Source of the DNA: Octopus vulgaris | Lineage: Eukaryota | Assembly: GCA_951406725.2 (NCBI GenBank) | Contig: OX597822.1 | Span: 91,450,001 to 91,514,000 of the forward strand | Reading direction: 5' to 3' | Length of the DNA stretch: 64,000 nt | In this document: positions 11,401-24,144 of the stretch, in pieces | How the letters are laid out: each line of letters opens with the position of its first letter | How positions within the stretch are numbered: position 1 is the first letter of the stretch | Program-made: the position numbers and the translations under genes | The notes under the pieces: generated by a model | Told to the model about the DNA's origin: nothing | Database searches by the model: none | Seen by the model: only the letters and a program-made list of their open reading frames with translations

Positions 11401-14400
11401 GATTAAGCAGGGCCATCTACCTGAAGGGATTTGTGGTTTGTCTGCCTTCCTACTTATTAAGACTTTGGTTTTAGCTAGGTTGACTCTAAGGCCCTTTGAT
11501 TCTAATCCCTGCTTCCACACCTAAAACTTTTCCTCTAGTTCTGGTAGTGACTCAGCAATTAGAGCAAGGTCATCAGCATATAGGAGCTCCTAGGGGCATC
11601 CTGTCTTGAATTCCTCTGTTATTGCCTGGAGGACTTTGATGAGTAAGAGGGGGCTGAGGACTGATCCTTGGTGGACCCCTACTCCTACCTGAAATTCTTC
11701 ACTGTACTCATTGCCAACCATCACCTTACTGACAGCACCTCTGTACATGGCTTGCACAGCTCTCACTAACCAGTCATCTATCCCTAGTTTCCTCATTGAC
11801 CACCAGATAAGAAATTGGAGGACTTTGGCAAAGGCTTTCTCCATGTCAACGAAAGCCAGGCACAGAGGTTTATCTTTGGCTAGGTATTTCTCCTGTAGCT
11901 GTCTTACCAGAAATATAACATCAATGATGCTTTTCCCTGGCACAAACTCAAACTGCATCTCATCTGGACTGGCTCTTTCCCTAATTATTTGGGCTATAAC
12001 CCTGTCCATGACCTTCATTACCCGATCCAACAACTTGATACCTCTCTAATTATTTGTATCTAAAGCATCACCATTACCTTTGTAGCAGTTGACTATGATG
12101 CTACTACATCAGTCATTGGGTATGACTCCTTCATGTATCACCTGATTGACTATATGGGTGACTAGGCTATAGCTGACACCGCCAGATATTTTGAGCATCT
12201 CTGCAGTGATTACTGATGGGCCGGGGGCTTTCCCTGCTTTCATACCCTTAATTGCTTTATCTACCATGGTACTGTCAAATTGGATAGCTGGTCCCTCTGT
12301 TGGATCGGCATTCTGCAGAGTCTCAGTTATACAGTCTTTGATAATGATAAGAAAATGTAAAAAAATAGAATCTTTGACAATAAGAAAATGTTAAGAGGGG
12401 TTTTTGGTTTAAACAGTTTACATGAACGTGTTCAAAATAGGTGGTAAAATAAATTTATAATTATTGTAAGTTCATTAAAAATCATGGTTGTATAGAAAGA
12501 TATATACAGAAGGAATCATATTTAAATATTATACAGAATTTTAGGGGAATGACAACCTTTCCATCCTTCATGCCCTCTCCTGTAGTGTGTGTATAAGAAA
12601 TGCTTTCTATTTTTAGAAATAGTGTAGGAGATTGGTTGGTGGGTGAGAGCATTGTGGAATCAAAAGGATTTTTTTTGTTTCTGGGCTAGTCTGTCATGGT
12701 CCAGTGGTTTGGGGGACTGGTCTTAGAGTTCAAAATGGTATGAATGTGTGCGTTTCTCTGTGCACGTTTCTATGTGTGTGGGTTTTTTTTTTGATTGGTC
12801 TTAGAGTTCAGTGTGGTGTGGTGTGTGTATGGGTCTGTGTATTATATTTAGTGGGGTGGTGCGTGTATATGTGTGCATGCTTGTGTATGTGTGTGATTTG
12901 TTTGTCAGTGCGCTGTGTTTGCGTATGTGTTTGTTTGTATGTGTGTGTGTTGTGTTGGTGGGGATGTTATGTGCGTGTACGTGAGTATGCGTGTGTATCT
13001 CTGTCTGTGTATATTTGTAGTGTTATAATTGTCTGGGTGGTGTGTGTGTGTGTGCATCTGTTTGTGTGTGTGTGAGTGCATATGTATGTGTGTGAGTGTG
13101 TTTGTATGTTGTATTTATTAGGGGTTCTGTGTGTTACGTTTGTCCAGGTGGTATGTATGTGTGTGCGTGTATGTGAGTACTGTGCATGTTTGTACTGAGT
13201 ATGTGTTTGTGTGTGTGTATGTGGGTGTGGTTTATGTAGTTTTTGGGTGTGTGTGCACGTATGTGTGTCCTAAATTTGTTGTGGCGAAGTGTGTGTGTAC
13301 GTGTGAGTGCTAGCGTGTATGTTATTTTTCTGTGTGGTGCATGCATATGTTTTGTTGTATTATTGTGAGTGTTTTGTTTGTATTGTTTGCACAGGGTGTG
13401 TGTATACATGTGAGCGTGTTTGTGTGTGTCTATGTGTCTTGTATTTGTCAGGATGGTGTGTGTGTGTTTGTGAGTGTTTGTTGTGATTATATTGCATGTA
13501 TATATCATCATCATCATCGTTTAACGTCCGCTTTCCATGCTAGCATGGGTTGGACGGTTCAATTGGGGTCTGGGAAGCCAGAAGGCTGCACCAGGCCCAG
13601 TTTGATCTGGCAATGTTTCTACAGCTGGATGCCCTTCCTAACGCCAACCATTCCGTGAGTGTAGTGGGTGCTTTTTATGTGCCACAATCGGATGGTGCTT
13701 TTTATGTTCCACCGGCACGGAGACCAGACGAAGCTGGCAACGACCACGAATCGGATGGTGCTTTTTACGTGCCACCGGCACGGAGGCCAGTCAGGGCGGT
13801 GCTGGCTACGGCCACGTTCGGATGGTTTTCTTACGTGACACCGGCACTGGTATCACAGCTACAAATTCCATTGATGTTGATCGAATACGATGTGTGTGTT
13901 TTTTCTTTGAGTGTGTGTGTGTGTGTGTGTGATTTTTTACTGGGGAATGGGCATATTGTGTATGTGTGTATATATGCGTGTGTGTGTGTGTGGGGGGGTT
14001 GTGTTGTATTTGCATGTTTGTGTGTGTATCTGTGTATGTGCAGATGTGTTTGTATGAGTGTATCTTATAATTGTCAGGGCAGTGTGTAGGTATGTGCATG
14101 TATGTGTTTGCTTATGTGTGTATATGTGTGTGCATGTATGTGTTTACATATGTGTGTGTGTGTGAGTATGAGTATTGATTGTGATTGCTAGAATCGTGTT
14201 GCATGTGTATATATGTACTTGTTTTTTCTTGGAATGTGTGTGGGTTTGTGCTTGAGTGTATATGTATGTGTGTGTGTGTGTTTGTGAGGGAAGTTTGTAT
14301 TGTATTTGTGGTCTGTATTTTTGAATAAGTATATTTTCCTTATTTATTTGTGTTTGGTCAGTGGTGTTGTCTGGGCATTGGTACAATAGGAAAATTAGGA

Positions 14401-17400
14401 ATTTGAGAGACCTGTTTTGTGCACAGAGATGGCCATTAAGTAGTATCTGTCTTGTGGTAGGGTCCTTCAATGTTCATTGCTTTTTTACGACATCCACATT
14501 TGAATGCATTGAGAATTCATCCTGTGGGCCAGACCATTAATTGAGAGTTCTACTGCTACGTTTTGGAGTATTTGAGGGAGGACATTCAGTGAAAGCGACT
14601 GAATCTACAGAGTGTGAAGAATTGGTCTCTTTACAATAACAATGCACTCTGTCACTGAGCACTACTCACTCGTGAGTTTCTTGCCAAAAACATGTTGTCG
14701 CTTTTGTACCCACCCTATTCAATCGATTTCTGACCTGTGGACTTCCATCTCTTCCCGAAGATGACAAGGCAGCTCAAAGGTCGCTATGTTAACACTAATA
14801 CTGAAATCCAGAGTAAATCATAGAAGTTCCTCAACTTGCTTACAGAAAACGACTTCCAGGCTGGATTCCAATGCCAGGACCAGTATATTGCTGCATAAGG
14901 CGACTATTTTGAAGGAGATAGTAAACTTAAGTAAATAATTTCGTTTTTGGATTAGGTTTGCAAGATTCTTTATATGAGTTTGTGTGTTGAAGCATATTCT
15001 GTTGAGAGTCAAGACTATTGAAAAGGTTGCAAGATGCAACGAAAATTTTAGAAAATAAAAATAAGAAGTAAGTGGAAATTTTACAGGTGAGTGTGTTAAA
15101 TAATAAGGCACTAAAAGAGAATGACTCTCCCCAGACACAACAGAATTAAGTAAATAAGTTAAGTAAATAAGTTACTTTTTGTTAAACATTACTAAACTGG
15201 GAATTTTTTGATACCACCTTGTACATGTCTGCATTAAAGAATGTGTAAATTTGTTCTTATTCCACCTCCTCTTTGTTATTTGTACTATAAATATATTTCC
15301 TCTCTTTATGATATCCAATTTTGTTATTAATCTAATAATCCATAGTGTCTCCCAAAATAGGAGATTCAAAAATTATACATGAAGTATTTCAATTGTGAAT
15401 ACTGTTCACTTATTAACTTACTATGAATTCAAACTTTTGTGTGATCATCTTTTTATGACATTTTCCATTATGCATTAATGGCTTAAAACCTTAAATGTCT
15501 GAATTTTATAGCTACTCTTCCCCAGAAGCTATCGGGAACATTACAAGGACAAAGAGCAAAGTTTCACAGTCACCCGCTTACAGTTAGTCGACCCAACATG
15601 AAGATTAAGCTACTACCTGCACTCCAGGATAATTATATGTACCTACTTATTGATGAGGCTACCAAACTTTGTGCTGCAGTTGATCCTGTTGATCCCAAAC
15701 TGGTTAGTGTTTAATCCTTTTACTTCAGGTGTTTGGTATTTTTTTATTTTATTTTATCTAGTTTCAGCTCTCAAGTTCCATTTCTATGACTCACAGGTCT
15801 AAACTTCAAGTGGTGCCATCCACTTGCCATTTTGCAGCCTTCACCTACCCATCAACAAATTCACTTGAGGATAACATCTCTCTCTTTACATTCACTTTCC
15901 TTACAAGTGAAACTTGAAAATGTTGATGTGAGATCTACCAAAGAGGAAAGTATCTCTTCTCAAGTCTTTTGGTCTTGCCCACCAGGCAAAGAAAAACTGC
16001 CTTACATTTCCCAATTAGAGGAGGCCTGTGGGGAAATCATTACTAAGGACTCAGCTGATAGATGAAGCTGTACCACACGTGACACCAGCTGTTCAATATA
16101 ACTACATAAGTTAGCAATTCTTGGACATTGAACAAGTACATGCAGAATGGTTTTGTCACTCTGCACGCATCTTGGACAAGTCTGTCTGACGGCACATCTG
16201 TATCTGTAGAGTTAATTTTGAACCAGAAGTGTCCCTTGGTAGCACTGCCAGGTCAAGGACATCTAGAAATTATCCATGGTAGTCCCCAAGCAGGAAGTCT
16301 TCCAGAACAGACTAGCCAGTTTGTTTTCATCAATGTCCAGAGTTTCTCTGAAGATGTCATCACACTTCTCCACCACTAATCCTGTATATATTGCTAGAGC
16401 AGAACGTCCACCAATTGCATTGCCCTATTCATAGAGGGCTGTGAAGACCTGATGACATTCTAAGTACCAGTGCCCAGTCTTGGTTTTTCCTTTACCCAGG
16501 TTTGCAGCTCATCAAGGAGATGAGTTTCAAAAAGACTTGTCTCATGAATGGAGTCCACACACATTCATTATCATGGAATTATTGCAGTTGGCATAACCTC
16601 AGCACATGTCTGCACATCAGCAGCCATGGTATGCCTAAGCTGCCTTGTAGAGGGTGCTGGTAGCAGACTGACTGCCTGACCATTGAAACGTGTCCTTTCC
16701 ACAAGAAAATAAATAACAGACATTCCAACTGGTCAAGTGGTGTCCAGGTGCGAGGCACAACAGTTAGGCAGTAAATAATAATGGAGGCAATGTAACTATT
16801 TGTCACTTCTGCCCGACCTTTCATGGGCAGTTTTCTCTCTGGCGATTTCTGGGTAAGACTGGCCACCTTGTTCATCACCTGATCCCAGTTCTTATCCACC
16901 TGAATGAACTGGGCCTTAATAGGCTGAAAAGTCTGGAAGTTCTCTTATGGCTTGCAGAGGTCCAAGTTTCTGTGACTTGATAGTATGGCAACTTTAATAA
17001 TAACAATAATAATGAGTTCACTGTTTTCATTCAGTTACAAATATTTTCAGATTATGTCTGCTGTGCAAGATGAAGGAGTGTCACTTACCACTGTATTAAC
17101 CACACATCATCATTGGTAAGTACCATATTTTATTTTTCACTATAAATTCTTGAGATTAATATGTGAACAAGCAAGCCATATTTAAACTTCACATGCTACA
17201 TATTATATCTTAAATCTTCAAAAATTTGAATAGAACTTATTTTTTAGTGAAGAATTAATATTTAAAAGTGATACTGTTGATATTATTGTTTTAGTAAGGA
17301 ACCTCCAAACATTTTATTTTCCTATATCTAGTCAATGTTTACAAAAGAGGATTTATGTTCTACTCACCAATTTAACCAAACACTCAACAAATGCATATCC

Positions 17401-20400
17401 TGGGAGATGCAAAATGTATTGTTTTGTGTATTTTGTAGTGTATTCGTTGCAGAGAGAGAGAGAGAGAGAGATTGATTGATTGGAGTCTTGGACAGGGCTG
17501 GACAGATCTAATATATTATTTGCATCCTATTGTTGTTTTGTTCAGTTGATCAAAAGCAGTACTTAGAAGTGTTTTAAGTATGTTTATACCCTGTTTTGCT
17601 TTCCTTGCTGTTTTCTAGGTGTACTATGTCTGTAACTCCTAGTATTTTTATATTTTGTGTGTTAGTTGTAATTGATGTTCTCTGATAATTCTTGAAGCAA
17701 ATATTATTGCAGCAAACTTCAGCCTTCACAGTCCATGCCTAGCAGTTACTGGCGTTGCCTGACTGGCGTCCGTGTCGGTGACATGTAAAAGCTCCAAGCG
17801 ATCATGGCCGTTTGCCAGCCTGCGCTGGCTCCTGTGCCGGTGGCACGTAAAAAACACCCTCTACACTCATGGAGTGGTTGGCATTAGGAAGGGCATCCAG
17901 CTGTAGAAACACTGCCAAATCAAACTGGAGGCTGGTGCAGCCTCCATGGCTTACCAGACCCCGGTCGAACCGTCCAACCCATGCTAGCATGGAAAACAGA
18001 CGTTAAATGATGATGATTTACAACACTCAAGCACTCCGCTACAACAGTATCCTAAGAACCCTTTCTTGCCCACCCAATTCAAATAAACATGGAAAAGACA
18101 AAAATATATTCATACATACAAATGAATAGCAGCACAATCAAGTGTCAGTAGCCAGAGACACTGTGCTGGGATTTTTACCACCAATAAGCAGGTGCAGAAG
18201 AACAGCAGCTGTCGTGTTCCGAGTGACCTCACCGAGGCTTCACTGTAACAACCACCAGAACCTACAGGCATGAAAAAATAGGCTGGGTAGTTGAGAGAGC
18301 ACAAGTGCAGGCTCATCACTACTATCACCACCACATAGACACTGTACCTCATGTTACTTTTGCATATTAGAATATCCCCAGTTTGACAAAATACAACATA
18401 TCTGGAGTTATCAGTGTGAATTGAAGTTATTTGACCAATTATCTACATACCATAGGTTTGGTCAATCAGGATTCAAGACTATTCTGAGCTACACAACAAC
18501 ACTTCTACTTCTTTTTGTTTGTTTTTTTTTTATCAATAGTACAAACAGAATATCAGTTATTCTTTTACTATCTTTAGGGACCATGCTGGTGGTAATGAGG
18601 GGCTTGTAAAATTAGCTCCTGGCATTGATGTTTTTGGTGGTGATGATCGAATTCCTGCATTGACAAATCATGTTTCCCATGGTGATGAATTAAAGGTGAG
18701 TTAAATTTTAATCAAGCTTGCCTAATTAAATCTAAATTTCTCTTGGTATATAAGTGGGCATAGTAATTAGACTTAAGTATTCACAGTTCACATACCATTA
18801 TCATATATATATGTATATTATCATGTATATAACTAATTAAGAGACGAACCACCATTCCACAACTCAGTCAATGAAGAACCCATCCAAAGCCATCCTGTGA
18901 GACATATACCATACAAAATACTAATCTAAAATTTTAATAATATATAATATTGAACAGTAAGATTATTACAATCATATAATATATAAGAGCAAATATTTTA
19001 AAAATCACAGCGAATACCATACAAAGAAACATTCATCATAAAAATATTAATCTAAAATCAGATTTAGGGAAATTAAGTAAATTAATTTTAGATAAATACA
19101 TTAATAAACTAAATAATCTGAATTACCTTAAACTCTGAACTAGAACTAATAATACTTTAAAATGGTTTAAAATTTTTAAAGACAGTAATAGTTACAAATT
19201 CATTCAAATAGACATAGATGATTATTATCTATTAATGAAATTGTACTTAATAAGGCCCTAATGTATGCAATGAATAAGGTGGGAATGACCAAGGATGAAG
19301 TTAAAGTAGTAAAAATGACCAGAAAATCGTTTATCAGGTATAATAATAAATTGTGGGCTAGAAAAGACACCAGGTATTTTTTTTGATATCCCTATGGGAG
19401 CACCAGATTCCGCTCAGGTTACAGAACTCCAATTAGAAAATCTGAAATTGGAGGGTGGATTATATAGAGATGACCTCTTGCTAACAATGAAAAATTGCAT
19501 GAATAGAACATTGGAAATATATAAGAAGAAAATATATAGTTTTTTTAAAAAAGAAATGGGCTTAGGATTACAATTTATAATGAAAATAGCAATATTAATT
19601 ACTTAGATGTGAATTTTAACTTAATAACAGGTATAACTCAACCTTACCATAAATATCATTTCATCCTTTAATAAATTAAAATTAAATAAGTTTTACAATA
19701 ATAAATTAATACCTCCAATAGAGACCAGAATACAATTGTTTGTAATTGTAGAGATAAGATTAAATGTAAATTTAATAATAAATGTAATGTTGAGGATGTA
19801 GTATATAAATGTATAGTGATTTTGAATAATAATAATAATAGTAATAATGATAGCATAATACTACTTACATAGGATCGACTTCCAATAAAATAAAATCCTG
19901 AGTAGCCCAACATATGAATTCTTTTAAGAACAGAAAATTAATGAATGTTTCTTTGTATGATATTCGCTGTGATTTTAAAAATATTTGCTCTGATATATTA
20001 TATGATTGTAATAATCTTAATGTTCAATATTATATATTATTAAAATTTTAGATTAGTATTTTGTATGGTATATGTCTCACAGGATGACTTTGGATGGGTT
20101 CTTCATTGACTGAGTTGCGGAATGGTGGTTCGTCTCTAAATTAGTTATATGCATATATTATATATTACGAAATTCGGTCTAATATTATTATACTGAATTT
20201 TACTTGTAAGGTTGGAATGATAATTTATTCCCTAATATTATTATTATTATTATTAATATTATTATTATTATTATTATATATATGGAACATGGTACTCCTT
20301 TATCTCAATTGTTATGTATGTTTCAATATTCTGTAACATCACACTATAAATGCACTCTGTAGGTCCAGCATGGTGGGTGAACATATTTTACACAGTTCTA

Positions 20401-23400
20401 TAGGAAATACAAGTATGAAACGTGCAGCAATCAAATTTAAACACATGGGCAACATGGACAAGAGAGGGTGATGGGAAACATTACCACAGACTGGACTGGT
20501 GTTTGTAAGGGCAAAAGTTAGTCAATTGGAAAGGCATGGGGACTTAGGTTACTTTTATTTGACCTTATGAGAGGGGAGGGTTGAGCAGAGAGAGGGCATG
20601 TTGACAAGATAATGAAGTACAGTAAATTGCTAGAAACTAATGGTGCCACCACAATCTCTGCCAACACACCCCATTAGTGACTCAGCTCACTCACACAGGC
20701 ATGCACATGCATACATCCACATATATACACATACGCACATGCATATATATATAAGCAAAGTAGCTAGTTATAAAATCTCAAGATTTTACTAAAAAGTAAA
20801 GTGAGTTGCCACATCAAAGTGGCAGGTGAATGATACTCTTCCTGGGGTTAAACTAGTAGTAACATTCACCTGCCACACGCTGCCCGCCCTTAAAGGCAGT
20901 GCTCCAGCATGGCTGCAGTCAAATGACTGAAACAATTAAAGGAGAGTAAATGGGAACATATATATATCACCGTGACCGACCAGGCTATCAGATGTTGCTA
21001 CACATCACTGGTCACAATGCGCTTCACAGTGTTTTAGCCTTCAAACAACGCCACCCCGCTGGCTAAGCGAGCAGGCCAACAGAAGAAAGAGTGAAAGACA
21101 GTTGTGGCGAAAGAGTACAACAGGGATCGCCACCACCCCTGTCGGAGCCTCGTGGAGCTTTAGGTGTTTTCGCTCAATAAACACTCACAACGCCCGGTCT
21201 GGGAATCGAAACCGCGAGTCCACTGCCCTAACCACTGGGCCATTGCACCTCCATATATATATATATATATATATAAATAATCCTTGAATGGAAACACTTA
21301 ATACATCACTTTGTGTGTTGCCACAAATCACAAATCTCTTATGATCACAGTCCCTATTCCTGGGATGGTTATAGTGTAGTCAGTAGTATCTGTGGGCATT
21401 AGGTTGATCATCTTCATGGATTCATTTCTTCAGGTGATATAACATTAATGGATATAACATTAACAGAGAGATGCTTATCGCTTTTGACCAGTGTGAAGGT
21501 TGATTGAGAATGGAAAACGAGCTTTATTTGCATACTCAAAACATTTCCCATAAACATATTTAAAAGATGTGTGTGTGTGTGTGTGAATTTTCAGGTTCTC
21601 TTAAATGCAATGTAGAACTTGAATGAAGTATAAAATTATGTATATATTAAGAAAATTAGTTTTGGATTGTCTTATTTTGTATTCATGTTCTTTGTACTTC
21701 TTTTTTTACTCTTACTTATACGTCTATGTGTACTTTTCCTTGTGCTCTTCAAACTTTTTCAAATACTACTTATGCTTGCATGTTCTTGTGCAATTTTTAA
21801 TTCATTCGTATACTAATTGTACCAAATTAAATCAAAAGTGTTTTTATATTTCAAGCCTTAATTAATAGTTCAAACAAATTATGGATCTTTTTGGTTTGAA
21901 CGGCAGATTTTAAAAATAATTTCCATGTAACTAAGCACTTTTAAACTTCGTATACTGGTAGAATGTGTTTATAAAACATCTTTTTCTCTTGGCTTTATTG
22001 AGAAAATTCTATAGTTTGTAAGATGTTTGTTGTTTTTTTTCTTCAATTTCTGCAATTTCAACCAATCAATGATGTCTTTTGAGGTAAAAAAAAAAAACAT
22101 TCTGTGCTGTATGAATATGTCCCTCATTTAAGAAACAGATTGGGTTTATTTACATTTGTGAAGAAAAAAAATACCCTTCTCCCCACCCCTAGCTCTAACC
22201 CTAACTAACCCTAACCCTAAAACAGATTTAAATGCAATAGATCGATACTAGGGTCATAATTATGGGTGACAATTTCATATGACCGCTAGAAAAAACTGCC
22301 GTTCAAACCGAAAAGATCCCAAATTACATACAAAAAAATGTTTATTCATACCATCATGTTTATAATGATTGTCTTTCAGCTTGGAAGTTTAAATATTAAA
22401 TGTCTTCACACGCCTTGTCATACCACTGGCCATATCTGTTATTTTGTAACTAGCAATGATGATCACCAACCTGCTGTGTTTACTGGTTAGTAAGATTCTA
22501 ACTTTACATTGCACTATTTGTAGATTTTGTGTGTGTGTGTGTGCGAGAGAGAGAGAGGGAGCATGAATGTTATCTTCTGTTTAGAACAAATGTGAACTAA
22601 GAGACCGAATAACCATGCTTCTCTTTTATTGATGGATGTGTGGGGATTTTACATTATTGATATTAGATTTTAGGTATAGAGCATAGAAAATGTTGCAAAA
22701 CAGAGCTTAACTCTACACAGTTCAGTTTACTTCAGAAAATTATATCCTTGGATTGGTGTTGAATGGCAGCAGGTTATACCCTGACACTACTCTGTGTCTT
22801 TAGCCTTGGTACTTTTGGTGTCAAGGTGCTTAGATTGAGTCCATCTATCTCTGAGTACTTTCCATAAATAATATAATTTACTACTGTAAACAGTGTTCAC
22901 ACTGTAGAATTGGAAAGGAGTTTGTGTCTTAATTTTTTTCCTGTGGAAAGAATTTAATAGTGTGTGCATTTCCAGTGCATTTCCATTGCATTTCCATTGC
23001 ATTCTAGACAACTAAAGTTGAACTCTAACATTATAGTTTCTTGTGATTTGAAAAGGATTACTTTTTGGTGTCAAACATACTACTGTTCAACTCCTATGAA
23101 GAACAAATAAACAATAGTAGAAATAAAGCAAGTAATGTCCTATAACTTAGGTCATTGGGGTAGCACTGAAGGTTAGGCTTTCTTTTGTCTTTTTTCTTTG
23201 CCTGTAAGAGGTTTGAATCCAGTACTGTAAATTAATGAAACATCAGTTATTCAGTATTACTGCTGCTTACAGCTTAATAAATTGGGTCCTGTGGTAATTT
23301 AGCAACTTCTACAATACAGTGAATTCTTCTCATTAAAGACTTAGTTTGTTACTTGATTCTATAGAAAATTGTAAGTTCTATTTTATTGTTGGCATTTCTT

Positions 23401-24094
23401 AATTTACCCTTATTTGAGCTTTAAAAAAATTCTCAAAAAGTCTTTAAGGGACACTTTTTAGAGCTAAACATTTTTATTTTCAGGGGATACTTTGTTTATT
23501 GGAGGTTGTGGCAGATTTTTTGAAGGAACAGCAAATCAAATGTATGATGCTTTGGTGAACATTCTTGCAGCTCTACCAAAAAATACGGTATGTAAATTGA
23601 TTCTTACCAAATTTTCAGTTGCATTTCCTGTGATGTGACATAGTAAACCAAATTAGATGATTTTTTGATTTATACACGTCACCAACACAAAGTAATTTGT
23701 ATTTGCTTTGTATGTTAAAGGTTAGAAGCTGTTAATGTATACTGCTCAAATTCTATCCAGTATATATTCTGCTGAGTCAATTCATTTGAAAATGAATATA
23801 GACCCAGACATACACACACACATACTCACATGCACATACAAACATATATGACATACAACAAACCAAACAAAGACAAACATGGTGGGCCATTAGGCCAGAC
23901 AAGGTAAGGTAGTGAATGCTGGGGGGAATATTGTCTTTGACAAGAGAAAAGATAGAAGAGGAGACAGGTAAGAACACACCTGGTCTGTACGACAGACTGA
24001 AGGAAAAGAAAAATGATCACATGAGGAAAAGAAAGATGAACTGTTTGTTGTTTATACACCTGTCTTCGTCTTTTGTTTTTTTGTAAATTCCAGT

Positions 24095-24144
<50 letters not shown>

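Noticed and set aside
13660-13850. Repeat-spacer-like pattern GGTGCTTTTTACGTGCCAC
   Set aside because: Internal tandem units of a multicopy RTE-tail/SINE; eukaryotic context and no cas genes, so not CRISPR
9711-14470. Many Cys/Val- or His/Thr-rich ORFs
   Set aside because: Translations of TG/CA microsatellites; the same applies to ORFs near 24000, 31400, 33100-33700, 50900, 56200 and 58300-59300
22195-22220. CCCTAA repeats as evidence of a telomere or fusion site
   Set aside because: Only a few units, internal to a MITE that is also present at 1733
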